This document shows positions 55,515 through 64,000 of a stretch of DNA of 64,000 nucleotides, piece after piece; the stretch's first letter is position 1, and each line of letters starts with the position of its first letter. A model generated the notes under the pieces. The model was not told where the DNA came from, did not search any database, and saw nothing but the letters and a program-made list of their open reading frames with translations. The position numbers and the translations under genes were made by a program. Source of the stretch: Nitrososphaerales archaeon (lineage in GTDB: Archaea; Thermoproteota; Nitrososphaeria; Nitrososphaerales; UBA213); contig CBDAOC010000018.1 of NCBI GenBank assembly GCA_965197925.1, positions 160,001-224,000 on the forward strand. Direction: 5' to 3'.

Positions 55515-57104
55515 TCAAGATTGTAACTGTTTAGACATGTATGGACCTTCACTTGTGTAACCTAACTTCCTGTAATACTCTCTGGTTCCAACAGCGCTGA
55601 TCACAAGCATCTTCTTTACGTTGAATCTTTTCAAAGCAATGCGTTCCGCCTCATGCATAAGCATTGTGCCATAGCCTCTATGCTGCCAACTATTGTTGTC
55701 TCTCTTACCAAGACTCAATGCTTGGCCATAAACATGCAATTCTCTTACTATACAACAATTATTGATTTCCGGGCGAGATGCCTTGCTGCTTGGAAAGCGC
55801 ATACGAAGAAATCCAAACAACACATTCCTCTCATGATCCTCGTATGATAAGAATAGTTCATTACCATCAGATGCAATATATTCTTCCTTCAATAGTTTCA
55901 CATTGTAAGAATCATTATTCTCTCTTTTCAGCCCCACCTCCCTGCACCTAATGCAGTTGCACTTTAGACCTTGTGATTTCAACCTTTCGAGTACCATCTG
56001 TCTAAGATTGCCCTTCTTTGGACCAGCAATAATATCTCCCGAATTTATTTCTCTTTGGATACGCATTATCCTAACCCAACGTGGAATGTTTTTCTTCAGT
56101 TCAGCAATGATGTTGACAAGTTCTGAATCCGTATATGAGTTATATTTACCCTGCTTGTACAAAGTAAACAATCCAGTGTTTTTCAACACCAAGGCGGGGT
56201 AGATCTTAAGCATATCGGGCTTGAATCTGGAATCAGAAAATAACTTTTCAAAATCATCAATATCCTTTTCTACACTAGAACTAGGAAGCCCCGGCATCAT
56301 ATGCGCAACTATCTTGTAACCAGCATCCCTTGCGGTTTGAAATGATTCAATCACATCGTCAAGTGTATGACCCCTATTGGTTATTTGATAGACTTCATTC
56401 CGCAGTGCCTGCACACCTATTTCCACCCTTGTTGCTCCAAAGTCAAGCATAGAATCAATATGTTTCTGCTTGCAAAAATCTGGTTTGGTTTCAATAGTAA
56501 GACCCACGTTTCTTACTGCAGCCGTTTCATTGTATCTTTTTGCTTCTTCTAGGCTAACTGACTTGAAGCCATTCAATGCATCATAGCATGATCTTATAAA
56601 ATCAAACTGATAGTCAAGCGGCATGAACAAAAAGGTACCTCCAACAATAACAATCTCGACCTTAGATATTTCATGACCTTTGTACTGTAAATGTTGCATC
56701 TTTGAGCATATTTGTCTAAACGGATCATATTCATACATGATAGCATTCTGAGTTGAAGGTTCAGTGCCAGTATAGCTGTTGGGGGTATTAACCTCTACAC
56801 CCCCTGGACAGAAAGTACACCTCCCGTGTGGACATGGGTAGGGTTTGGGCATCACTGCTACTACCGCAACACCCGATGCCGTTTTAGTGGGTTTTACCAT
56901 TAGTAACTTCCTTACATTTTCGTATGAAGATCTCTTGGCATAATTCAGAATGTCGGAATTCCTTGGGAGTGTGGATAATGCATACTTTGCTGATATCTGC
57001 TTAACAACACGGTTCACTAATTTAATATCCGGATCATCGGTCCTGCTAATTGCTGCAGCAATTTCACTACAAGCAATAGAATAGGTATCCTTTTGGCTCT
57101 GCAT
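55515..57104 (-). CDS. elp3: Elp3 tRNA uridine(34) modification enzyme (radical SAM plus GNAT)
   Basis: CPHGRCTFCPGG, GGTF, ETKPD, VRELHVYG, QHRGYG, ISAVGTREYY. Confidence 0.96.
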   Translation of the reverse strand: MQSQKDTYSIACSEIAAAISRTDDPDIKLVNRVVKQISAKYALSTLPRNSDILNYAKRSSYENVRKLLMVKPTKTASGVAVVAVMPKPYPCPHGRCTFCPGGVEVNTPNSYTGTEPSTQNAIMYEYDPFRQICSKMQHLQYKGHEISKVEIVIVGGTFLFMPLDYQFDFIRSCYDALNGFKSVSLEEAKRYNETAAVRNVGLTIETKPDFCKQKHIDSMLDFGATRVEIGVQALRNEVYQITNRGHTLDDVIESFQTARDAGYKIVAHMMPGLPSSSVEKDIDDFEKLFSDSRFKPDMLKIYPALVLKNTGLFTLYKQGKYNSYTDSELVNIIAELKKNIPRWVRIMRIQREINSGDIIAGPKKGNLRQMVLERLKSQGLKCNCIRCREVGLKRENNDSYNVKLLKEEYIASDGNELFLSYEDHERNVLFGFLRMRFPSSKASRPEINNCCIVRELHVYGQALSLGKRDNNSWQHRGYGTMLMHEAERIALKRFNVKKMLVISAVGTREYYRKLGYTSEGPYMSKQLQS

Positions 57105-57219
57105 TCTGCTAGTTTGATAATCTACGTATTAAATCTTATAGTTATTATTTCTACTAAAATATTATCAGTAAATAGACAATACGCCGGTATCAAAAAGATG
57201 AAAAATAAAGGAGAAGAGC

Positions 57220-57438
57220 TTAGTTCAGTGACAGGTCAGGAAATGATGCTTGCTGAACGCCTAGTTCATCTTGAAGTTTGCGGATCTTTGTCGCGTACTC
57301 TGTCATTTTAGAGCGATCCCCTTGAACTTTGGCTATCTTGTATCCTTTCCAAGATTTTCTCAACGCTCCCCATGTCTGACCTATTGTGAAGCTCTTCGAT
57401 GCTTGTTGTTCGGTTTGTTCTCCTACTGGGAAAGTCAT
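57220..57438 (-). CDS. Small hypothetical protein (start uncertain)
   Basis: FTIGQTWGALRKSWKGYKIAK...YATKIRKLQDELG; resembles short thaumarchaeal conserved proteins (from memory). Confidence 0.65.
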   Translation of the reverse strand: MTFPVGEQTEQQASKSFTIGQTWGALRKSWKGYKIAKVQGDRSKMTEYATKIRKLQDELGVQQASFPDLSLN

Positions 57439-57581
57439 TCTAAGGATTGCTAACGAGTTGTACATATCATTACGAAAGCGCACATGAGTTTATCTTCGTG
57501 TCAATTTTTGTCTCACAGTCTCATTGTACCATGAGAATCAATCTCAATAAACCATTTGATTGATCAGGAAACCTACGAGGT

Positions 57582-58607
57582 CTATACAATCCTTACTTTA
57601 CCTATATAAACTCCCTTCCCATGTGCAACCTTTCCTATAATTGAGCTCTTCAGGCCATACTTTTTGAATATTTTGATTACTATATCAGCCACATTGTCTG
57701 GAATAATCAGATTGAATCCTACACTCATGTTGAAGGTACTATACATTTCTTTATCATCGATCTTCGAAAGTGTCTGTATCAATTTGAAAATCGGCTGGGG
57801 TCTTGGCATATCTTCAAGTTTAAAACAAATATCGTTGCGTAAGCGCGTAAGCTTTGTAAACGCACCACCCGTTATGTGTGCCAAACCATGTATTTCTGCG
57901 TTGTCGATGACCTCCATAACTGGTCTTACATAGATATGTGTGGGCTTTAGCAGTTCATCTGCAATTGTGTTACTAAGTTCCTTGATCTTTTTCCCCAACT
58001 TGTATTTTCTTAGCAAGACCTTTCTGGCAAGACTGAATCCATTGGAATGTAAACCGTTGCTTTCTACTCCCACTATTACGTCACCTATCTTGATCTTGTC
58101 ACCCAGAACAAGTTTATCCTTGTCAACTATCCCCATTACTGCGCCAGCAAGGTCAAAGGCCTGCTTATGCCCAGTAATTATTTCGGGCATCACAGCGGTT
58201 TCTCCACCGATTATTGCAACCCTAGCCTCCCTCGCACCTCTCACCAACCCCTTCACTATTTCTTTCATGAGGTTTTCATCAGGCTTACTAACCGCAGTAT
58301 AGTCAACGAATGCTAAAGGTTCAGCACCGACACAAATTACGTCATTTACATTCATAGCTACACAATCAATTCCAACTGTATCAAGGCGGTTTGCCATTTG
58401 TGCGATTAGTACTTTTGTACCAACGCCATCAGTATGCAATGCAAGAACCTTGTTATCACCAATTTCAACTAGACCAGCATAATGACCATAACCAGATATT
58501 ATTCCATCTTTGAATCTGTGTGTAGAAGAAATAAGATCCATAATGGTTTTATGGGCAGTCTTAATCTTCTTAAGGTCAACACCTGAATCCCTATAGGTTA
58601 TTTTCAT
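57582..58607 (-). CDS. purM: Phosphoribosylformylglycinamidine cyclo-ligase (AIR synthetase)
   Basis: TDGVGTK, DCVAMNVND, GGETA, GLHSNG, HITGG, TFNM. Confidence 0.96.
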   Translation of the reverse strand: MKITYRDSGVDLKKIKTAHKTIMDLISSTHRFKDGIISGYGHYAGLVEIGDNKVLALHTDGVGTKVLIAQMANRLDTVGIDCVAMNVNDVICVGAEPLAFVDYTAVSKPDENLMKEIVKGLVRGAREARVAIIGGETAVMPEIITGHKQAFDLAGAVMGIVDKDKLVLGDKIKIGDVIVGVESNGLHSNGFSLARKVLLRKYKLGKKIKELSNTIADELLKPTHIYVRPVMEVIDNAEIHGLAHITGGAFTKLTRLRNDICFKLEDMPRPQPIFKLIQTLSKIDDKEMYSTFNMSVGFNLIIPDNVADIVIKIFKKYGLKSSIIGKVAHGKGVYIGKVRIV

Positions 58608-58693
58608 AATTGCAACAGATCACGGCAAGCGTATAAACGATTGCAACCATCTGAGCCAAACTATTTTTATGCAACGTCTTGCATCCATTATCT

Positions 58694-58921
58694 ATGCCAA
58701 AGGCCCTTGTTCTAATGAATGCCGAGTCGGGTCATGAAAAAGACCTTATGAATGAACTAAAGGGAACATCCTATGTAACTGAGGTTTATGCGGTTTATGG
58801 TGTTTATGATATTATTGTAAAGATAGAGGCAGATTCCATGGAAAAATTAAAGGAGACTGTCGCTACACAATTAAGAAGAATAAAAGGTGTTAAATCCACA
58901 CTCACCATGATCATGGCTTAG
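58694..58921 (+). CDS. Lrp/AsnC ligand-binding-domain protein
   Basis: EVYAVYGVYDIIVKI...GVKSTLTMI. Confidence 0.88.
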   Translation: MPKALVLMNAESGHEKDLMNELKGTSYVTEVYAVYGVYDIIVKIEADSMEKLKETVATQLRRIKGVKSTLTMIMA

Positions 58922-58925
58922 ATAA

Positions 58926-59585
58926 TCATTTTGTTAAAGACACAACTTGAGACCCAAGGATTTTACTGAGCTCATCTGTAGTTTTGGTGAGTCCGTACCA
59001 TTCCCTTATTGTTTCCAAAGTCGCGGAGTGAAAACTTGGATGACTTGACGCCACTGCGTCTGAAATGACCACTATATCATATCCCCTATTGAATCCATCT
59101 CTAACTGAGCTGTCTACGCATACAGATGTATCTGCACCGCAGAAAATTATGGTGTCAATATGAGAACTGCTTAGCCAGAGATCAAGTTCAGTATCCTGAA
59201 ATGCGGAATCCCTCCTTTTTGTTACAATATGATCAGTCTTGTCCGGGCTTAACTCCGGAATTATTTCGGCATCCCATGTTCCCCTAATGCATATTGGAAT
59301 CTTCTTGATTCTTTCACCACGTTTTTTCGGCAGTATCTTATGATTATTGGTAAATAGATCTATGCCAGAAGCTTCACGAACTGCCTGTGTATAAAATATA
59401 GGGATACCTGCCTTTCTACAATCACGTATTGTATTTTTAATATTGGGTACTATATTTCGATAATGTGAAATGTTAACACCTAACCTGGAATAAGACCCAC
59501 CTGCACTGCAAAAACCATTTTGCATATCTACCACCAGCAAAATGGGATTTATCCTGTAACTGCCAAGGTCTATCATGTATTTCAT
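58926..59585 (-). CDS. Isochorismatase-family cysteine hydrolase
   Basis: LLVVDMQNGF, K.RDSAF..T, TSVCVDSS.RD. Confidence 0.9.
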   Translation of the reverse strand: MKYMIDLGSYRINPILLVVDMQNGFCSAGGSYSRLGVNISHYRNIVPNIKNTIRDCRKAGIPIFYTQAVREASGIDLFTNNHKILPKKRGERIKKIPICIRGTWDAEIIPELSPDKTDHIVTKRRDSAFQDTELDLWLSSSHIDTIIFCGADTSVCVDSSVRDGFNRGYDIVVISDAVASSHPSFHSATLETIREWYGLTKTTDELSKILGSQVVSLTK

Positions 59586-59687
59586 TGATTCACAATATCA
59601 ATATTAAGTTTAGTACTAATTTGATCCTGACAGAAATGATATTATCAAATAAACTCAAGCTGGGAAAAAGGTTCATAACAGAGATGT

Positions 59688-60887
59688 ATGGATTTTGTAA
59701 TAATGATGGAGCGGCAGTTACCTAATAAGAAAAGGGCTAAGAAACTGAACATTGCTATTGTATCCACTTATTTACCAACACAATGTGGCATAGCAAAGTT
59801 CACACACAGTTTGCAGAACTCATTGTTAGGTTCAAAAGAATCTGTCAATATCAAAATAATGCGAATGGTTATTCCCGGAGACAAGCAATTAAAAGCTAAC
59901 AACATACATCCAATCACTAAATATAAAAGAGAATCTTATCTTGAAGCATCTGATTTCATAAACAACTCCAATATAGACTTGGTAAACTTACAACATGAAT
60001 ACGGTATATTTGGCGGGAGTTGGGGGAGGTATATTCTAGATTTCATGGTTAATGTGAAAAAACCCATAGTGACGGTGTTGCATACGCTAGAACCAAATCA
60101 GAGCGGTGAGAAGGCTGAAGTTTTTAAAAAGGTATGTAATCTCAGCGAGAAAGTGATAGTGATGGTTCCTTTATCAATCAAAGTTATGGAGCAGAGGTAC
60201 GACCTGGACTACAAAGATAAGGTGATCTACATTCCCCATGGGGTACCATCAATTGAAGGCATATCCAAGGATGATGCCAAGGGAAGATTGGGAATGCAAG
60301 GAAAGTATATCATGATTTCATTTGGTTTGATCAATCCTGGTAAGGGATTCGAATATGCAATAGATGCAATCCCAGATATTGCAAAAGTACAAAAGGATTT
60401 TGCTTACCTCATAATAGGTACTACACATCCAAAAGTAAAGAAGACCCAAGGAGATAAGTATCTGAACATGTTGAAACAGAAGGTAGATGATTTAGGTATT
60501 AAGAATCATGTAAGGTTCATAGAAAAATTCTTTTTATCTGAAGAGGAGTTTAGCAGATACTTGTTTGCTGGAGACATCTTCATAGCACCTTACTTGGCCA
60601 AAAACCAGATCTCTAGCGGTGCTTTGGTGTACGCAATGTCGCACAAAATGTGTGTGATAACAACCCCATTCACACATGCCAAACATGAAATAACCAAAAA
60701 TATTGGTTATATTGTAAAGCACGAGAATTCTGGGATGATCGCGAAGGCGGCAAGGGAATTGTTGGAAAATCCAACAAAGATGAAAAAGATGCAAGGATAT
60801 GCTTACAGACAAGTAAAGGGGCGACAATGGCCCAGAATAGGTCAAAGATACTTGCAGGTTTTTCGGAAGGTAGTAGACAATAACTAA
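59688..60887 (+). CDS. GT4 glycosyltransferase
   Basis: P..CGIA.FT, QHEYGIFGG, IPHG, FGLINPGKG, SSGAL. Confidence 0.9.
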   Translation: MDFVIMMERQLPNKKRAKKLNIAIVSTYLPTQCGIAKFTHSLQNSLLGSKESVNIKIMRMVIPGDKQLKANNIHPITKYKRESYLEASDFINNSNIDLVNLQHEYGIFGGSWGRYILDFMVNVKKPIVTVLHTLEPNQSGEKAEVFKKVCNLSEKVIVMVPLSIKVMEQRYDLDYKDKVIYIPHGVPSIEGISKDDAKGRLGMQGKYIMISFGLINPGKGFEYAIDAIPDIAKVQKDFAYLIIGTTHPKVKKTQGDKYLNMLKQKVDDLGIKNHVRFIEKFFLSEEEFSRYLFAGDIFIAPYLAKNQISSGALVYAMSHKMCVITTPFTHAKHEITKNIGYIVKHENSGMIAKAARELLENPTKMKKMQGYAYRQVKGRQWPRIGQRYLQVFRKVVDNN

Positions 60888-62302
60888 AGTGGAACGGCCT
60901 TTATCCCCTCCACTCTTACGGATGGAGTAACTGAAGGTGATGAGTGCCATTGCATTATATGCTTGGAATCTTTTCCTATCGCGGATATATTCATGAGAAT
61001 CCTCTGCAAGTTATCAATTATTCTGACCATCTTGGACGGTCCTACAATCTCCCCATCCTTGATAACGAAAATACCGCTCCTCGCGGTACATGAGAAATCA
61101 CCTTTTTCAGGATTAACCGGATAGGTATACCATAAACGTCCTACCAACAAACCATTTTTCGTTTCCTTGATCATTTCATCCATGCCATAGTCCCCACTTT
61201 TTATTACTATGTTGTGGAAGGAGGGAAATGGGATTGGATCTGCTGACCTACCAACCGGGTATCCAGATCTACTTGCATTACCCGTAGATTCAACTTCATC
61301 TTTGGCGGCATAAAATGTGTCATATATTAAGCTCTGAAAGATCCCATTTTCAATTAGGTTTCTTGTCTGTGTGGGTACCCCCTCATCATCGAAGGGTTTG
61401 CTTCCCATGCAGTCGACGGCCCTTGGGTTGTCCTGCAATGTAAGGGATTCCATAGCAACTTGTTTACCAAGCTTCCCATAGAGGCAACTCCTCTTATCTT
61501 GGTAAGCCTTCCCATTGAAATTGTAAGAAAATACAAATGACAAAAGTTCTCCAATGGCATATGGTGTAAAAATAATGCTAAAGTTTCCCTCCTCATACTT
61601 TCTTGCCCCAGCACATCTGGACGCCATGTCACCTGCTTCCCTACCAATAGATTCTGCGTTAAATGTAGCCATTGTTCTCGCTGCGTTGAAGCCGATGCCA
61701 CTTACCGTTTCACCATTATTTCTTACATCGGCATTTATATTTCCAATTATGTACGTACCTTTATCATGTTGATTTAGATCAATGCTATTCGAAATATAAA
61801 CACGTTCCTTTACAAGATGTAGACTGCCGGATACACTGCTGATCTTGCTAAACTGCAAAGATGAATTTAACATTGAAATTGCTATATCAACAGCTTCATC
61901 AATACTTAATTTGTCAAGCCGTTCGTCGTAACATCTATCTATAGGCGTGATCTTTGTAGGTTCCGGTAACGACTTCCATTCAGACTTTGATTCTATCTTG
62001 GTCGCAGCTGAGATTGCATCTTCTATCGCCTTCCCTAAAGATTTCTCATCCAGAAGTGATGTTGAGGATGCACCTATGTTTTTGTTCCTTACAATGCGTA
62101 ACGCTAAAGCTCTTTCCCTCATACCTTTGGCTTCAACAATCTGCGTATTCGCAATCCTAATTGTTAATATCTCCTTATCTACAAGAAACGATTCGGCTTC
62201 ATCGGCGCCACATTTCAAGGCAGTATTTACTGTCTTATTGCAGATATCCAACATAATGATTTTTGTCCGCTTCGATGATTTTATACTTTTTGAGTATTTC
62301 AT
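60884..62302 (-). CDS. TldD/PmbA family protein (PmbA/TldE-type)
   Basis: GADEAE, PFDDEGVP, STGNA, GDFS; no HExxxH seen. Confidence 0.9.
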   Translation of the reverse strand: MKYSKSIKSSKRTKIIMLDICNKTVNTALKCGADEAESFLVDKEILTIRIANTQIVEAKGMRERALALRIVRNKNIGASSTSLLDEKSLGKAIEDAISAATKIESKSEWKSLPEPTKITPIDRCYDERLDKLSIDEAVDIAISMLNSSLQFSKISSVSGSLHLVKERVYISNSIDLNQHDKGTYIIGNINADVRNNGETVSGIGFNAARTMATFNAESIGREAGDMASRCAGARKYEEGNFSIIFTPYAIGELLSFVFSYNFNGKAYQDKRSCLYGKLGKQVAMESLTLQDNPRAVDCMGSKPFDDEGVPTQTRNLIENGIFQSLIYDTFYAAKDEVESTGNASRSGYPVGRSADPIPFPSFHNIVIKSGDYGMDEMIKETKNGLLVGRLWYTYPVNPEKGDFSCTARSGIFVIKDGEIVGPSKMVRIIDNLQRILMNISAIGKDSKHIMQWHSSPSVTPSVRVEGIKAVPL

Positions 62303-62370
62303 CCTTTATTATACAAAGTCAACACCCATGAATTTGGGAATAGGGACGGTTCAGAATTAAGGTGAACTCG

Positions 62371-64000
62371 TTATTGAATACCGCATCTTATTTCTTCTAC
62401 ATATGAAGTATAGTTAAGTGTGACTTCTGCACTACCTGGACCTTTGTTATAGAACCACACCTTGTAATTACCAATTTCAAGATTAACTGTCTTGAATGAA
62501 TCGATCGATAGGTTCAAGCTGGTTTGAGAGTCACCATTGGGAGTAAGGGTTACCATATCACCATTCTCAGCCAGTTGTCTTAGTAATAATCCATCTTCCC
62601 GGGTAACAGAAACTACAGGTATTTTTGGTTCATTGACAGATTCATCTTCCAGCTTACCAAAGAACATACCTGGTTGGTCTTTGTACAGAATAAGTGCCCC
62701 ATCTCCTTTCGTAGCTAAATTATTCTCTCTTTCGATAATGCTTTCATCTTCATTCACCTCTTCTACCTCAGATATAATAACAGAATTTTTTAGCTCCAGT
62801 TGTTCTGTATCAAGCGTCCTTGAATAATCTACATAGACCAGTTTACCACTTGTCTCATGTGAAATTGGAGGTGAGTTTTCAGTCAGAATTGCCAAAAAGT
62901 CACTATCATAATTATCCACCATAACAAGTATTGAAGATATTGAAGAGGTAGATGGCGGTTCATAGGTCTTATGACCGCTAGGGGCTTCAATCCAGTATTT
63001 GACTTTTGAAGGATCTTGTAGTTGGATCGCAAATTGTCCTTCCATGACAAACATGCCGGCGTGATCCATAGTTATGTTCTTGTGAATTTTCTGATTAGGA
63101 TCAATAACACCTGATAAGACGGTTTTATCATATGAATCGGGAGTCTCAATAAGTTGTAGCTTGCCAACGGTTCCAGTATCTCGCAACTGCATATATTCCG
63201 AGTCCGACAACTGTAATTGTTCTGACTCAACTTGTGTGATGCCTATGGGCCCCTCCCCTACCTTTAATGTTTTAATTACCTCGTTAGTTGCTACCTCAAT
63301 TATAGACAACGTATCTTCCTTGCTATTGGGTACATACACATGCTTCCCATCTGCCCCCACTAACAATCCTTTTGGCCCTTTCCCAACTGGTATATGCTTC
63401 ACAATTTCAAGTTTGGTTATATCCAACACGGCAACAGAACCTTGATCCTGTACGCCAATGTACGCAAACTTTCCGTCGGGGGTAGGCTCAGAAACACTAG
63501 GACGTCCTCCAAGATCGACAGTCTTGATAATTTTGTTGGTAGAAACGTCGATGATTGACTCACTTTTACCACCTCCCAAGTCTGTGCCATACGAACGCTC
63601 TCCATGATTCTCAACAAATACATACTTCCCATCAGGAGAAACGGTTAACATGAATGGAGCATCTCCTTCAGGAAACTTTATCGTTTCAATAACTTTAAGT
63701 TGTGATACGTTTATGACGGAAACAGAATCTGAATCTCTATTTGGTACATATAGGAGTTCTCTATCGGGTGTAAAATCAACATCACAGGGAAATTTTCCAA
63801 CAGGTATCTTCTTTACCACCTCAAAGCTACCTGTATCTACAACCCACATCTCATTGTGTGAAGAAGCAGGAATGAATGCCAACTTCCCATCAGGAGTAGC
63901 CTCCACAGGATTTATTACACCCCCAACGTGAATGTTTTCAATTAATTTCAACGTTCTTGGATCTATCACCTTCATGTTAGATTTATCAGCCATGTCTCGT
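62371..64000 (-). CDS. YVTN/YncE beta-propeller protein with PA-like domain (5' end probably outside window)
   Basis: Repeated TPDG...YV.N, IPVG..P; IPVVSVTREDG..L PA-like segment. Confidence 0.85.
   Translation of the reverse strand, partial: RDMADKSNMKVIDPRTLKLIENIHVGGVINPVEATPDGKLAFIPASSHNEMWVVDTGSFEVVKKIPVGKFPCDVDFTPDRELLYVPNRDSDSVSVINVSQLKVIETIKFPEGDAPFMLTVSPDGKYVFVENHGERSYGTDLGGGKSESIIDVSTNKIIKTVDLGGRPSVSEPTPDGKFAYIGVQDQGSVAVLDITKLEIVKHIPVGKGPKGLLVGADGKHVYVPNSKEDTLSIIEVATNEVIKTLKVGEGPIGITQVESEQLQLSDSEYMQLRDTGTVGKLQLIETPDSYDKTVLSGVIDPNQKIHKNITMDHAGMFVMEGQFAIQLQDPSKVKYWIEAPSGHKTYEPPSTSSISSILVMVDNYDSDFLAILTENSPPISHETSGKLVYVDYSRTLDTEQLELKNSVIISEVEEVNEDESIIERENNLATKGDGALILYKDQPGMFFGKLEDESVNEPKIPVVSVTREDGLLLRQLAENGDMVTLTPNGDSQTSLNLSIDSFKTVNLEIGNYKVWFYNKGPGSAEVTLNYTSYVEEIRCGIQ

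Noticed and set aside
1..64000. Functional CRISPR-Cas or CRISPR-associated transposon system
   Set aside because: No cas2, cas6, effector, TnpB or Tn7-like genes in the window; the only Cas1 is a fragment

Overview
AT-rich archaeal DNA, most consistent with Nitrososphaerota (Thaumarchaeota): exosome Csl4, TBP, class I LysRS, Elp3, thaumarchaeal-type surface proteins. Intact housekeeping blocks (about 0-1 kb, 11.7-17.8 kb, 37-46.7 kb, 53-64 kb) alternate with decayed accessory DNA rich in IS copies and pseudogenes. The main signal is a broken casposon-like system at about 27.1-35.3 kb, bracketed by two direct copies of an IS5 element. It has a fragmented protein-primed family B DNA polymerase operon, a 307-bp inverted repeat carrying a duplicated RHH-like gene, and four copies of a terminus-like motif (AAGAGTATCCCCC-type), one abutting a short EFIDEE-stop sequence resembling the aEF-2 3' end that thaumarchaeal casposons target. 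A TBP gene and a degenerate 30-bp CRISPR mini-array lie inside this block, and a casposase-like Cas1 pseudogene lies at about 49.2-49.7 kb. A second, unrelated 37-bp CRISPR mini-array is at 4.6-4.8 kb; no effector cas genes are in the window. Other notable items: tandem DtxR/SirR-type operators over the promoter of a phnDCE-like operon next to a DtxR gene, a tRNA-Arg(GCG) with a D-loop insertion, tRNA 3'-end remnants, and two iteron-like structures sharing an 11-bp core. All calls come from reading the sequence by eye; no searches were run.
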